Source of the DNA: a bacterium
GTDB lineage: Bacteria > Zixibacteria > MSB-5A5 > GN15 > FEB-12
Assembly: GCA_043811375.1 (NCBI GenBank)
Contig: JBDRNJ010000069.1
Span: 1 to 45,897 of the forward strand
Direction of reading: 5' to 3'
DNA length: 45,897 nucleotides
Below are positions 19,541 to 28,409 of this stretch, piece after piece. The notes beneath the pieces are model-generated. The model saw nothing but the letters and a program-made list of their open reading frames with translations, did not search any database and was not told where the DNA came from. The translations under genes and the position numbers were made by a program. The stretch's first letter is position 1. Each line of letters begins with the position of its first letter.

Positions 19541-20881
19541 ATGAGTGCTGACACAGTGTTGCTGGCCAGGTTGCAGTTTGCCCTGACCATCGGCTTTCAC
19601 TTCATCTTCCCGCCGGTGTCGATCGGATTGGCTTGGTTGCTGGTGATAATCGAGGGAGTCGGCTGGAAAAAGGGAGATGAAATCTATCGTCGTATGGGCC
19701 GGTTCTTCGGCAAATTGCTGGCGATCACATTTGTGGTCGGTGTGGCCACCGGCATTGTAATGGAATTCCAGTTCGGCACCAATTGGGCGGAGTATTCCAA
19801 ATTCGTCGGCGACATATTCGGAGCTCCCCTGGCGGCTGAGGGCATCTTTGCGTTTTTCCTCGAGTCGACTTTCCTGGGCCTGTACATCTTCGGCAGAAAC
19901 CGACTCTCTCCGGGAGTGCATTGGTTTTCCATCTTGATGGTGGCGGTCGGAGCGACGATTTCCGCCTTCTGGATTCTGGTGGCCAACTCCTGGCAACAGA
20001 CTCCGGCCGGATATGTAATCCGGAACGGGCGGGCGGAGTTGACCAGTTTCTATGACGCCGTGTTCAATCCGTCCACTATGATACGATTTTTCCACACTAT
20101 GGATGCCGCGCTTATAACCGGCGCTTTCGTTATGGCCGGTGTGGCGGCCTTCCTCCTGCTCCGCAACCGGGAAAACCTGGTGGCCCGCAAGGCCTTGAAG
20201 TTGTCCATTGTTTTCGGTTTGATAGTCTCGGTGCTGGCGTTGTTCCCTACCGGCCACCAACACGCGGTGCAGGTAGCACAAACCCAGCCGGAAAAACTCG
20301 CCGCCATAGAGGGTCTTATTGACGGACAAACCAATGCTCCCATGGTGCTGTTTGGTATACCGATGGACAACCCGCCGGAGTTGAAATACGCCATCAAGGT
20401 TCCCGGCGTGTTGAGCTGGCTGGCGCACGGCGACACCAGGGCGTACGTCAAGGGACTGACCGATTTTCCCGTGGATGAACGCCCCCCTTTCCTGCTGACT
20501 TTTATTTCATTTCATAGCATGGTGGCACTGGGAAGCTACTTCATTGCGGCCATGTTGCTGGGAGTGTTGCTGTTGTATCGCCGGAAACTGTGGGACCAGC
20601 GCTGGTTCTTGCGGCTGCTGGTATGGTCGGTACCGCTACCGATTATCACCTGCCAGTTAGGGTGGATAACGGCCGAGGTGGGACGTCAACCCTGGGTGGT
20701 GTATCACATTCTGAAGACGGCGGACGCGGTTTCGTTGACGGTGTCGGCCGGAGAGATATTGTTTTCGATCATCCTGTTCGGGTTGATCTACCTGTTTCTG
20801 GGGGCAGTTTATCTTTACCTGGTAGTGCGGGAAGTGAGACAGGGAGTTGAAACCACGTTAGCCACGGAGGTGACGGTATGA
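19541..20881 (+). CDS. cydA: Cytochrome bd ubiquinol oxidase subunit I
   Basis: ARLQFALTIGFHFIF, EFQFGTNW, QPEKLAAIEG, EVGRQPW. Confidence 0.97.
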   Translation: MSADTVLLARLQFALTIGFHFIFPPVSIGLAWLLVIIEGVGWKKGDEIYRRMGRFFGKLLAITFVVGVATGIVMEFQFGTNWAEYSKFVGDIFGAPLAAEGIFAFFLESTFLGLYIFGRNRLSPGVHWFSILMVAVGATISAFWILVANSWQQTPAGYVIRNGRAELTSFYDAVFNPSTMIRFFHTMDAALITGAFVMAGVAAFLLLRNRENLVARKALKLSIVFGLIVSVLALFPTGHQHAVQVAQTQPEKLAAIEGLIDGQTNAPMVLFGIPMDNPPELKYAIKVPGVLSWLAHGDTRAYVKGLTDFPVDERPPFLLTFISFHSMVALGSYFIAAMLLGVLLLYRRKLWDQRWFLRLLVWSVPLPIITCQLGWITAEVGRQPWVVYHILKTADAVSLTVSAGEILFSIILFGLIYLFLGAVYLYLVVREVRQGVETTLATEVTV

Positions 20882-21897
20882 TTGACCTGAACACAACCTG
20901 GTTTATACTGGTGGGCGTCCTGATTACCGGGTATGCCATACTGGATGGCTTCGACCTCGGTGTCGGGGTGCTGCATCTCTTCGCAGACAATGAGCAGCAA
21001 CGTCGAGTTAATATGAATGCCATCGGACCGGTCTGGGACGGCAACGAAGTCTGGCTATTGACCGCCGCCGGCGCACTGTTCGCCGCTTTTCCACCGGTGT
21101 ACGCTACCATCTTTAGTGGCTTCTACCTGGCGATGATGCTCATTCTGGCAGCACTAATTTTCCGAGCGGTATCGCTGGAGTTTCGCAGCAAAGTTGACTT
21201 GTCGATATGGCGACGATTCTGGGACTGGTCGTTTGGGCTGGGCAGTCTGCTGCCGGCGCTGCTGTTTGGCGTAGCTGTGGGCAATTTACTACGAGGTGTT
21301 CCCATCGACGTCAATGGAGCCTGGGCAGGTAGTTTTCCGGGGTTGCTTAACCCGTACGCCTTGCTGGTCGGTGTCCTGAGTCTGGTCATGCTGGTGATGC
21401 ACGGCGCCGTCTATATGACGACCAGGACCGAGGGCGATCTGTGTCGGCGAATGAGTCAGTGGGCGCTGCGCGGATGGGTGGGATTTGTGATCGTCTATCT
21501 GCTGGTGACCCTGTATTCGTTCTTTGAGGCCGGTTATCTCTTTGAGGGACTCCTGGCCAATCCGTTGTTCTGGCTGTTTCTGGTAATGCTCCTGGCGGCG
21601 ATCAGCTACCTGCCGATAGCCCTGAGAGCGGCCAGGTATGGGCGAGCATTTTTCTCATCGGCGGTTATGATTGTCAGCGTGATTGCGTTGGCGGCGGTAA
21701 GTATGTATCCCCGACTGGCTCCTTCCAGCATCGACCTGGCCTACAGCCTGACCGCCTACAACGCTTCTTCAACGCCACGGACACTGACCGTGATGCTGAT
21801 TATCGCAGCGATCGGGATGCCGATTGTAATCGGCTATACTGTTTATATGTACCGCGTGTTCAAGGGCAAGGTGGAGGTCACATCGGAAAGCTATTGA
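20878..21897 (+). CDS. cydB: Cytochrome bd ubiquinol oxidase subunit II
   Basis: LDGFDLGVG, GPVWDGNEVWL. Confidence 0.97.
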   Translation: MIDLNTTWFILVGVLITGYAILDGFDLGVGVLHLFADNEQQRRVNMNAIGPVWDGNEVWLLTAAGALFAAFPPVYATIFSGFYLAMMLILAALIFRAVSLEFRSKVDLSIWRRFWDWSFGLGSLLPALLFGVAVGNLLRGVPIDVNGAWAGSFPGLLNPYALLVGVLSLVMLVMHGAVYMTTRTEGDLCRRMSQWALRGWVGFVIVYLLVTLYSFFEAGYLFEGLLANPLFWLFLVMLLAAISYLPIALRAARYGRAFFSSAVMIVSVIALAAVSMYPRLAPSSIDLAYSLTAYNASSTPRTLTVMLIIAAIGMPIVIGYTVYMYRVFKGKVEVTSESY

Positions 21898-21927
21898 GGT
21901 CGGCCGCCGCTACCGGAAATAAGAAAC

Positions 21928-22024
21928 GAAAAGGGTAACTCTTTTTAAGTCAACGGGACAGCAAGGTCGTTTCTCATCGACCCTGCTGCCCGCATCCATA
22001 ATGTCTTATAGCGGTACGGGGAAT
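21928..22024 (+). pseudogene. Decayed 3' end of a serine integrase paralogous to 34012-35652
   Basis: Reads KGNSF*VNGTARS/FSSTLLPASIMSYSGTGN versus EGTLFQINGTARPFSSALLPTSKMSHSGTGN; one stop and one 1-nt insertion. Confidence 0.8.
22008..22024. repeat. Left att direct repeat (copy of tRNA-Glu 3' end)
   Basis: ATAGCGGTACGGGGAAT identical to 35621-35637. Confidence 0.9.
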
Positions 22025-22308
22025 TGGGACATTATGGAAGTTGGTCTGGAGATTGAGTTCACGGTCTTGTCACGCCGCGGGCGCCGAAAAGCGACTGGCT
22101 GAATCGGAACCCCCGTCCCCTTTGAAACCCTTCTGAAAGTGGCCTAATTTGCTCTAAATCAGCCACTTATATATACACACCCCGGAAAAATTCCGAGCTG
22201 AGCACACACAGGGGAGATTTCGTTTCAGGTAGAACCAAGCGCCTACTCTACCCTGAAATGCACTCAGGAGCCGCTCCCCTCCCCACCAAACACTCCCCAC
22301 CAAATCCA

Positions 22309-22337
22309 TTGACTCCCAGGCACATTTTCGGTATATT
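22309..22337 (+). promoter_or_regulatory. Sigma70-type promoter for island cargo gene
   Basis: TTGACT-17bp-TATATT. Confidence 0.65.
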
Positions 22338-22374
22338 GCGGCGGTAGGGAATATGAAATGAATGGGGAGATTCT

Positions 22375-24702
22375 ATGAGAGTATTGATACTGGGCTGCGG
22401 CCTTATTCTCGCTACTATCAATCTCAATGCCGCCACCATCCATGTTCCAGCAGATCAACCAACGATTCAGTGGGTAAAGACCTACGGGGGAGATATAGGT
22501 GACAGAGCTTTCCGAATTATCCAGACGCCCGACAGCGGGTATGCTTTCCTGGGAGCCACTATGTCTTTCGCGGAAGGAAATGATGACTACTGGTTAGTGC
22601 GATTGAATCCAGACGGTGACACGCTCTGGACAAAAACCTATGGCGGCCCCGAAGGTGTGGCTCCTCGGGACATAATCAACACCTTTGACGGTGGTTTCAT
22701 GATCTGCGGCAACAACACCAATTACGGTTATGACAGCACATTCTTTGCCCTAAAAACCGATAGCTTAGGCACTGAAGAATGGATGGCGTCCGTGGGCTAC
22801 CGGAACTCGCACGCAAAGGCAGTAGTACAGAGTCCGGATTCCGGTTTTCTGTTCGCCTGTTTAGTCACCAATGCATCGGGCATCGGATATTGGTCGGTGT
22901 TGAAGATTGACAATGATGGTGACTCACTGTGGCTGCTGGCTTTCACAGCAGACTCTGCGGACATTAGTATCAGTGAAATAATTCGCGTAGATAACGACAA
23001 TTACATTGTATCTGGATCGCACAGTTATACGGGAGCATACCAATACGACGTGTTCGTGGCTAAGCTGGCCGATGATGGTTCTGTCTTATGGAGTCAGCAT
23101 TTCGGTTCAGGCACACGCCAGAGCGCGAATCGCTTAGCCCAGATTTCTGATTCAACCATTGTTGCTGCAGGTTCTCAAGATTATCACGCAACCTTTTGGG
23201 TGCTGGACTTGGATGGTGCACATCTCGATTCATTGCAGTTTGGGGACAGTGCAGAATACGCAGGAGACGTTTCAGCTACTGTCGATGGCGGATTCATTCT
23301 GTGTACTACCATAGAGGAAAGCCCTTTCCCAGATAAAGCTACCACTGCGAGAATTAGGAAATATGATAGTCTGTTCAATGAGCAGTGGGTTACAGCTACG
23401 GATAGCAGCTTTGACGAGGTTGAGGCGTATTCCATCCAGCAGACTTGCAACGGAGGGTTCATATTTGGAGGCCGAGCAAGCAATCATGCAACTTCGCCGG
23501 ACATCGATATGTACGCTCTCAAGATAGCGACTGAATTGCCGCATCTATCGCTGTTTCTAATAGACAACGAGAATCCGAATACGCATTGCATCACTGATAC
23601 TCCTATCTTTGAGTGGTCAATCATTGATCCCGAGGGAATTGGGCAGCAGGGGTATGAGATACAAGTCGGTCTCGACAATGACTGGACAGTAGCGGAAATG
23701 TGGGCGTCCGGGGAAGTAACAACATCAGATACTGCCGCCACCTATTCGGGCTTGCCACTCTCAGACGGAACCACATATCAGTTGCGAATCCGTGTCGCCA
23801 ATGTCCTTCATTGGTCGCCTTGGTACAGCACGTGGTTCAGACTCAACTCTATCCCCTCCGTCCCTACCCCGCTGAGTCCTATCGATGACGTTATTGTCGG
23901 CACGACACCCGCTCTCTGGGTCGAGAACTCCACCGACGCTGAGGGTGACACTTTGACATACGACTTCCTTGTGGATGTAGACACGCTGTATGGAGAACCT
24001 GATCCGGTCTTAGGCTATGGTATCCCGGAAGGTGAAGATTCGACCGGGTGGCAGGTAACAGAGTCCCTGGACGAAAACAAGCGTTACGTGTGGATTGTAC
24101 GCGCATTCGATGGCTACGAGTACTCTGACTGGACAGGAGGCTATGAGTACACTTTCTTCGTCAACAACACACCAGAACCACCCACTACGCCACAGGCTCA
24201 ATTCCCGCCGGACACCAGCGGTTTGCCAGTGTTCGATATGCTACCGACGTTCCTGTGGGCCGAGTCTACCGATCCCGACCCGCTGGACACGGTCAGGTAT
24301 AAACTGGAGATAGCGGTTGATTCGACATTTATATTTGTCAACACCATCGACTCAATCGAATCCGTGCCCTTCACACTCGACGATTCGCTTTCGTTCGGCA
24401 CTCGTTACTGGTGGCGCGTGACGGCCTTCGATAAAACCGGCCTGTCTACTCTCTCACCGAACACACCCGACTACTGGACCTGGACGCTCGGTGACGTGGA
24501 CCATTCGCATGACGTTTCAGTTGGCGACTTGACATATCTGGTCGCTTATCTGTTCCAGGGTGGACAACCGATTTACCCGCTGTTTGTTGGTGATATTGAC
24601 GGCAGTTGCGCAGTGGACGTTGGTGACTTGACGTATCTTGTAGCATACCTGTTCCAATCCGGCCCACCGCCGAAGGTGGGGTGTGAAAAGAGGATAGAAT
24701 GA
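22375..24702 (+). CDS. Secreted beta-propeller-like protein (W.KTYGG repeats) with FN3/Ig-like modules and C-terminal dockerin
   Basis: Signal peptide, WVKTYGG/WTKTYGG repeats, YWWRV modules, duplicated dockerin motif. Confidence 0.85.
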   Translation: MRVLILGCGLILATINLNAATIHVPADQPTIQWVKTYGGDIGDRAFRIIQTPDSGYAFLGATMSFAEGNDDYWLVRLNPDGDTLWTKTYGGPEGVAPRDIINTFDGGFMICGNNTNYGYDSTFFALKTDSLGTEEWMASVGYRNSHAKAVVQSPDSGFLFACLVTNASGIGYWSVLKIDNDGDSLWLLAFTADSADISISEIIRVDNDNYIVSGSHSYTGAYQYDVFVAKLADDGSVLWSQHFGSGTRQSANRLAQISDSTIVAAGSQDYHATFWVLDLDGAHLDSLQFGDSAEYAGDVSATVDGGFILCTTIEESPFPDKATTARIRKYDSLFNEQWVTATDSSFDEVEAYSIQQTCNGGFIFGGRASNHATSPDIDMYALKIATELPHLSLFLIDNENPNTHCITDTPIFEWSIIDPEGIGQQGYEIQVGLDNDWTVAEMWASGEVTTSDTAATYSGLPLSDGTTYQLRIRVANVLHWSPWYSTWFRLNSIPSVPTPLSPIDDVIVGTTPALWVENSTDAEGDTLTYDFLVDVDTLYGEPDPVLGYGIPEGEDSTGWQVTESLDENKRYVWIVRAFDGYEYSDWTGGYEYTFFVNNTPEPPTTPQAQFPPDTSGLPVFDMLPTFLWAESTDPDPLDTVRYKLEIAVDSTFIFVNTIDSIESVPFTLDDSLSFGTRYWWRVTAFDKTGLSTLSPNTPDYWTWTLGDVDHSHDVSVGDLTYLVAYLFQGGQPIYPLFVGDIDGSCAVDVGDLTYLVAYLFQSGPPPKVGCEKRIE

Positions 24703-24890
24703 GCAGAAAGATGTACTTGATAGTCTCAGGCACAATCTTTGGCCTTGTGGCATGTTTACACTTGGCAAGGTTGATGTTTGGGGGGCAGGCTCAGGTCGGT
24801 ACATGGACAGTTCCGTTTTGGCTATCGTGGGGCGGACTTGTGGGTGCAGGAGTGCTCTGCATTTGGGCGTTCCGGCAGGTAGGGAAATAG
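24699..24890 (+). CDS. Small 2-TM membrane protein
   Basis: ATGA overlap with upstream gene; two hydrophobic helices, HLARL..G, PFWLSW. Confidence 0.7.
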   Translation: MSRKMYLIVSGTIFGLVACLHLARLMFGGQAQVGTWTVPFWLSWGGLVGAGVLCIWAFRQVGK

Positions 24891-25007
24891 GTTGGGGCCA
24901 ATTTCTGTTATTTATGGCGCAGCGCCGGCTGATTGCACGTGACCGGCTAAAACACCTAAGATGAGTTGAGTGAATTTGATAGATTAGCGAAGATAAGGAA
25001 TCATGAT

Positions 25008-25352
25008 ATGAGTTCTAATGGAACAAGTGACTCAGGCGAATTTCCCTCAGCTGAAGCGGTCGAACTCTGTGATATGGTCTCATACCAGAATGGTTCGATA
25101 GTGAGTCGCACTATGATTAAAAAGAAAAGCGGTTCCCTTACGCTTTTTGCGTTCGATGCAGGGCAATCCCTGTCTGAACACACGGCACCATATCAGGCAT
25201 TTGTACAAGTAATTGATGGGGAAGTTGAACTAATTGTTGATGGTAAAAGCATTGTTGCGGAAAAAGGCAAGACTGTGCTAATGCCCGCTGATATTCCTCA
25301 TGCGGTTCACGCTCATGAGCGATTCAAGATGTTACTTATCATGATCAGATGA
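25008..25352 (+). CDS. Cupin domain protein
   Basis: TLFAFDAGQSLSEHTAP, MPADIPHAV, FKMLL. Confidence 0.9.
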   Translation: MSSNGTSDSGEFPSAEAVELCDMVSYQNGSIVSRTMIKKKSGSLTLFAFDAGQSLSEHTAPYQAFVQVIDGEVELIVDGKSIVAEKGKTVLMPADIPHAVHAHERFKMLLIMIR

Positions 25353-25385
25353 ACTCAGTGATGCAAAGAAAGGCATGGGCACTAA

Positions 25386-25541
25386 GTTGCTTTCATTTGT
25401 CAAGGCGGGCAGCCAATCTATCCGCTGTTCGTCGGCGACATAGACGGGAGTTGCGCTGTCGACGTAGGCGATTTGACGTTTCTCGTCGCGTACCTGTTTC
25501 AATCCGGCGCAGCACCGAAGGTGGGGTGCGTGCCGAAGTAG
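25386..25541 (+). pseudogene. Orphan dockerin fragment (3' end of a lost paralog)
   Basis: Translates VAFICQGGQPIYPLFVGDIDGSCAVDVGDLTFLVAYLFQSGAAPKVGCVPK*, nearly identical to the C-terminus of 22375-24702; in-frame TAA just upstream and no start. Confidence 0.85.
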
Positions 25542-25599
25542 GTCTGACAGTAATATATAGGGTTATGGGTACTGGGCTTAATGTGGAGGGAACGTCGGA

Positions 25600-25950
25600 A
25601 TGAAGTTCAAGGATATCGTTGAAGGCGACTTGGTTATTGTTAACCTGTACGGCAAGATTCTCGGTGGACAGGAGACCGCCATTTGCCATAGTCGAGTACA
25701 CGAGCATCTCAATTCAGGCCGGAAGCACTTCGTGATGGATATGGGGAATGTAGAGTGGACAAACTCGCAAGGTCTCGGTATGTTGATAGGGTGCTACGTT
25801 TCTATCAAGAAGGCAGGAGGTCGAGTGGTTCTGGCAAGGATGGACAATGTTAAGAAGTTGCTGACCATGACGCGCCTTATACAAGTGTTTGACTGCTACG
25901 ACAGCGTGGAGGAGGCCAAACAGGCGCTGATCGAGAGGTCACCCAACTGA
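25600..25950 (+). CDS. STAS-domain anti-sigma factor antagonist
   Basis: VMDMGNVEWTNSQGLGMLI, LTMTRL..VF..YDSVEEA. Confidence 0.88.
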   Translation: MKFKDIVEGDLVIVNLYGKILGGQETAICHSRVHEHLNSGRKHFVMDMGNVEWTNSQGLGMLIGCYVSIKKAGGRVVLARMDNVKKLLTMTRLIQVFDCYDSVEEAKQALIERSPN

Positions 25951-26063
25951 GCATGGGCGGCCCAACCCCGGCAGCGTGTCCATAACTGTACGACCATTAG
26001 TGTGCTGCAATCGGTTGGCTCAATAGCCAGGCGGTTGGTTGAATCTACAGAAGGGAGTGAATA

Positions 26064-26912
26064 ATGAAGCGTATGGCCTGGTTGGCAGCGTTGCTGACAG
26101 TGTGCCTTCCTGGACTCGGTCACCATTACTGCGGAAGGACCCGCAGAGGCATCGTAGCTTGGGTCTTGGTGGTCGTCATAGCGAACGCTTGTTTTGCCGC
26201 TCTGCTCTTCGTCGATGCGGCGCCTTTGAACGTCATTCTGCCTTTGGTACTTGGGCTCGCAGCAGGTGTAGCTGTAGTAGTGGATTCCGTAAAAACCGCC
26301 AAAGCTGTCGATACCAGTTTCAGGTCAACTAAGTACCACAGATGGTACGTTTATATTGTCATTATCGCTGCGTGGATCATCCTGGGCCCACGTCTTGTCC
26401 CCATGTTCGGAACATACGAATCATTCAAGGTGCCCTCCACGGCTATGGAAAACACAGTGTTAGCGGGGGACTACTTCTTGGCTGACATGAGTGCCTACAG
26501 GTCAGCAGCACCCCAGCGCAACGATGTTGTTGTATTCATTTACCCGGTGGACGGCGTGACCAAGTATGTGAAGCGGTGTGTCGCTCTCCCAGGCGATACT
26601 GTCGAAGTTAGGGATAAAGTGGTACTGGTCAACGGCAATCGGTTTGAGGACCCTGCACAGGTGAAATACATAGATACGACAGCGGACGGAGGGCCAGTAA
26701 TACAGCCGCGACGGGCCGGCAAACAGGACAGCAGGGACAATTTCGGACCATTCGTCGTGCCGAGGGATTGCTATTTCATGATGGGAGATAATCGGGACAA
26801 TTCCTATGACTCGCGGTACTGGGGAGCGGTGCACAGGGACCTGATACTCGGCAAGGCGGTTAGGATCACCTGGAGTCAGACTTTTGATCGGGTCGGGATG
26901 TCAGTGAAATAG
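26064..26912 (+). CDS. lepB: Signal peptidase I
   Basis: PSTAMENT (catalytic Ser), YVKRCVALPGD (Lys), MGDNRDNSYDSRYWG; N-terminal TM extension. Confidence 0.92.
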   Translation: MKRMAWLAALLTVCLPGLGHHYCGRTRRGIVAWVLVVVIANACFAALLFVDAAPLNVILPLVLGLAAGVAVVVDSVKTAKAVDTSFRSTKYHRWYVYIVIIAAWIILGPRLVPMFGTYESFKVPSTAMENTVLAGDYFLADMSAYRSAAPQRNDVVVFIYPVDGVTKYVKRCVALPGDTVEVRDKVVLVNGNRFEDPAQVKYIDTTADGGPVIQPRRAGKQDSRDNFGPFVVPRDCYFMMGDNRDNSYDSRYWGAVHRDLILGKAVRITWSQTFDRVGMSVK

Positions 26913-27282
26913 GGGGCAATTGCGTTAAGGGCAAGGCCAATTCTGAAAACCCGTCGACACTTCTGAGCGATGGGAACCCAATATCCATAAATGGGTCCCA
27001 TCTAAAGGGGGGTGGTGGTGTTGTGCATTTGCCGGTGTGCTGTGCTTCTCGACTCACCAAATATCACCTTAAGGGCCAGCCCAATCAGGGCTGATTCCCG
27101 GCGTTTACCCCTGTTAATACTGCTATTACAGGCGATTCAGTATAATATCCTGATAACAGGATCATATAACTTTAAGTATAGTACCACTTGACTAAATATA
27201 AAAGATATTGAATACTTACAGGCAGGATAGTAGAGAGTTACTACCAAACAGTTACTTGAGCCTATTAGGTATTGTTGAGGTA

Positions 27283-27705
27283 ATGAGCAGTCAGCGAGAA
27301 TCGAGCCGGTGTGAACACGTCAAAGCCAGCGGGGACAGGTGCAAGGCAAAGCGCATCTCCGGTTCACAGCATTGCTTCTGGCACGACCCGACGAAGAGTG
27401 ACGATCGCAGGGCAGCCGGCCAGAAAGGCGGCAGTCGCCACCGGGCGAGGAGCTTGCCTAAAGAGGCCGCAGAGTTTGAAGTCAAGAAGTCTGAGGACGT
27501 GGTCAAACTGCTGAGCGTGACCATCAATCAAGTTCGCAGAGGCGAGATCGACCCCAGAATCGCAAACTCAGTTGGCTATCTGTCCGGGATTATTCTGAGA
27601 GCACGCGAGCAGGGGGACATCGAAGAAAGGCTGACACAAATCGAACAAATTGTTCAAAAAGGGAGGACAGGCGATGTCACAACGATTTCAGCGTCGGCTC
27701 ACTGA
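27283..27705 (+). CDS. Hypothetical mobile-element protein with N-terminal CCCH zinc knuckle (HGGxSTG-like)
   Basis: RC-x8-C-x10-CFWHDP...GQKGG; C-terminal EERLTQIE; SD GAGGT. Confidence 0.65.
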   Translation: MSSQRESSRCEHVKASGDRCKAKRISGSQHCFWHDPTKSDDRRAAGQKGGSRHRARSLPKEAAEFEVKKSEDVVKLLSVTINQVRRGEIDPRIANSVGYLSGIILRAREQGDIEERLTQIEQIVQKGRTGDVTTISASAH

Positions 27706-28084
27706 GCTTGAAGACAATCTCCAGGTGGGCGGTGACCGTGAGCAGTTCGAGCGGGACAGACGTTTCTTCTACAACCTTCAGAATCTCTCCAACCTGGCAA
27801 TCATAATCCTGATGCGTGCCACGGTGGATGAGATGGAGGTGCCGGAGTGGCTTGCCGCAGAGGTGCTGAAACCGATACCGCCAGATGCTCCAAAGGAGCT
27901 GGTTTTAGAGGCAACGAAACGTGCTGAAGGAATTGAGTCGCTTCATGGCGCCGACCAGGATCAACTAATCAGTGAGATAGATCAGGTAATAGACTTCTAT
28001 GCCGAGCGGTCACGCCAAACAATGGGTTCGCTGGCTGACGTACAGGCCTATCTGGAGGATCAGAGTATACCAGCGCTGGTGTAA
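27674..28084 (+). CDS. Hypothetical protein
   Basis: SD GGAGG, overlaps previous gene, helical composition. Confidence 0.6.
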   Translation: MSQRFQRRLTELEDNLQVGGDREQFERDRRFFYNLQNLSNLAIIILMRATVDEMEVPEWLAAEVLKPIPPDAPKELVLEATKRAEGIESLHGADQDQLISEIDQVIDFYAERSRQTMGSLADVQAYLEDQSIPALV

Positions 28085-28268
28085 GGGATAGCTGCGTAGA
28101 AGCCAACCCTGTTAATCCACCGCATCATTCACTAAAGCACGACCGTTGTACTTGCCTGCTACGATGATGGTCAACAGCGTTCACCACCGTTCACCACCGT
28201 AGTATGTGATAAAACTGACCTACCTGTCGATTATTCGCTTGACATTCGTTCAACAATTGTCGATATTA

Positions 28269-28409
28269 CTTATGCTCACTGACACGTCGCGTTTTTTTGT
28301 GTCAGATACATAGTGCCCGTAAGACGACTCTAATGCGTCCCTCAGCGTTCGTGTTAGTGAGCGAGTTGTCGAGCGGGCACGTTATTCTGGAGTTTCTTAT
28401 GCTCACTAA
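28269..28409 (+). ncRNA. Candidate C4/P4-CI-like structured antisense leader RNA
   Basis: Direct repeat CTTATGCTCACT (28269, 28396), internal complement CGTGTTAGTGAGC (28350-28362), long stem 28313-28380; TTGACA at 28239. Confidence 0.5.

Noticed and set aside
19133..20428. 431-aa minus-strand ORF (and similar long antisense ORFs such as 13169-13981)
   Set aside because: Shadow frames of well-supported genes on the opposite strand
24541..25541. Dockerin repeat pair as DGR template/variable repeat
   Set aside because: Differences are mainly synonymous third-position changes of all types, not adenine-specific; no reverse transcriptase
24699..26912. Short co-oriented cargo genes as integron cassettes
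   Set aside because: No recognisable attC (RYYYAAC...GTTRRRY) pairs and no IntI
28188..28200. CGTTCACCAC tandem duplication and CTCCCCACCAAA duplication (22279-22304)
   Set aside because: Two-copy short duplications without further support for function
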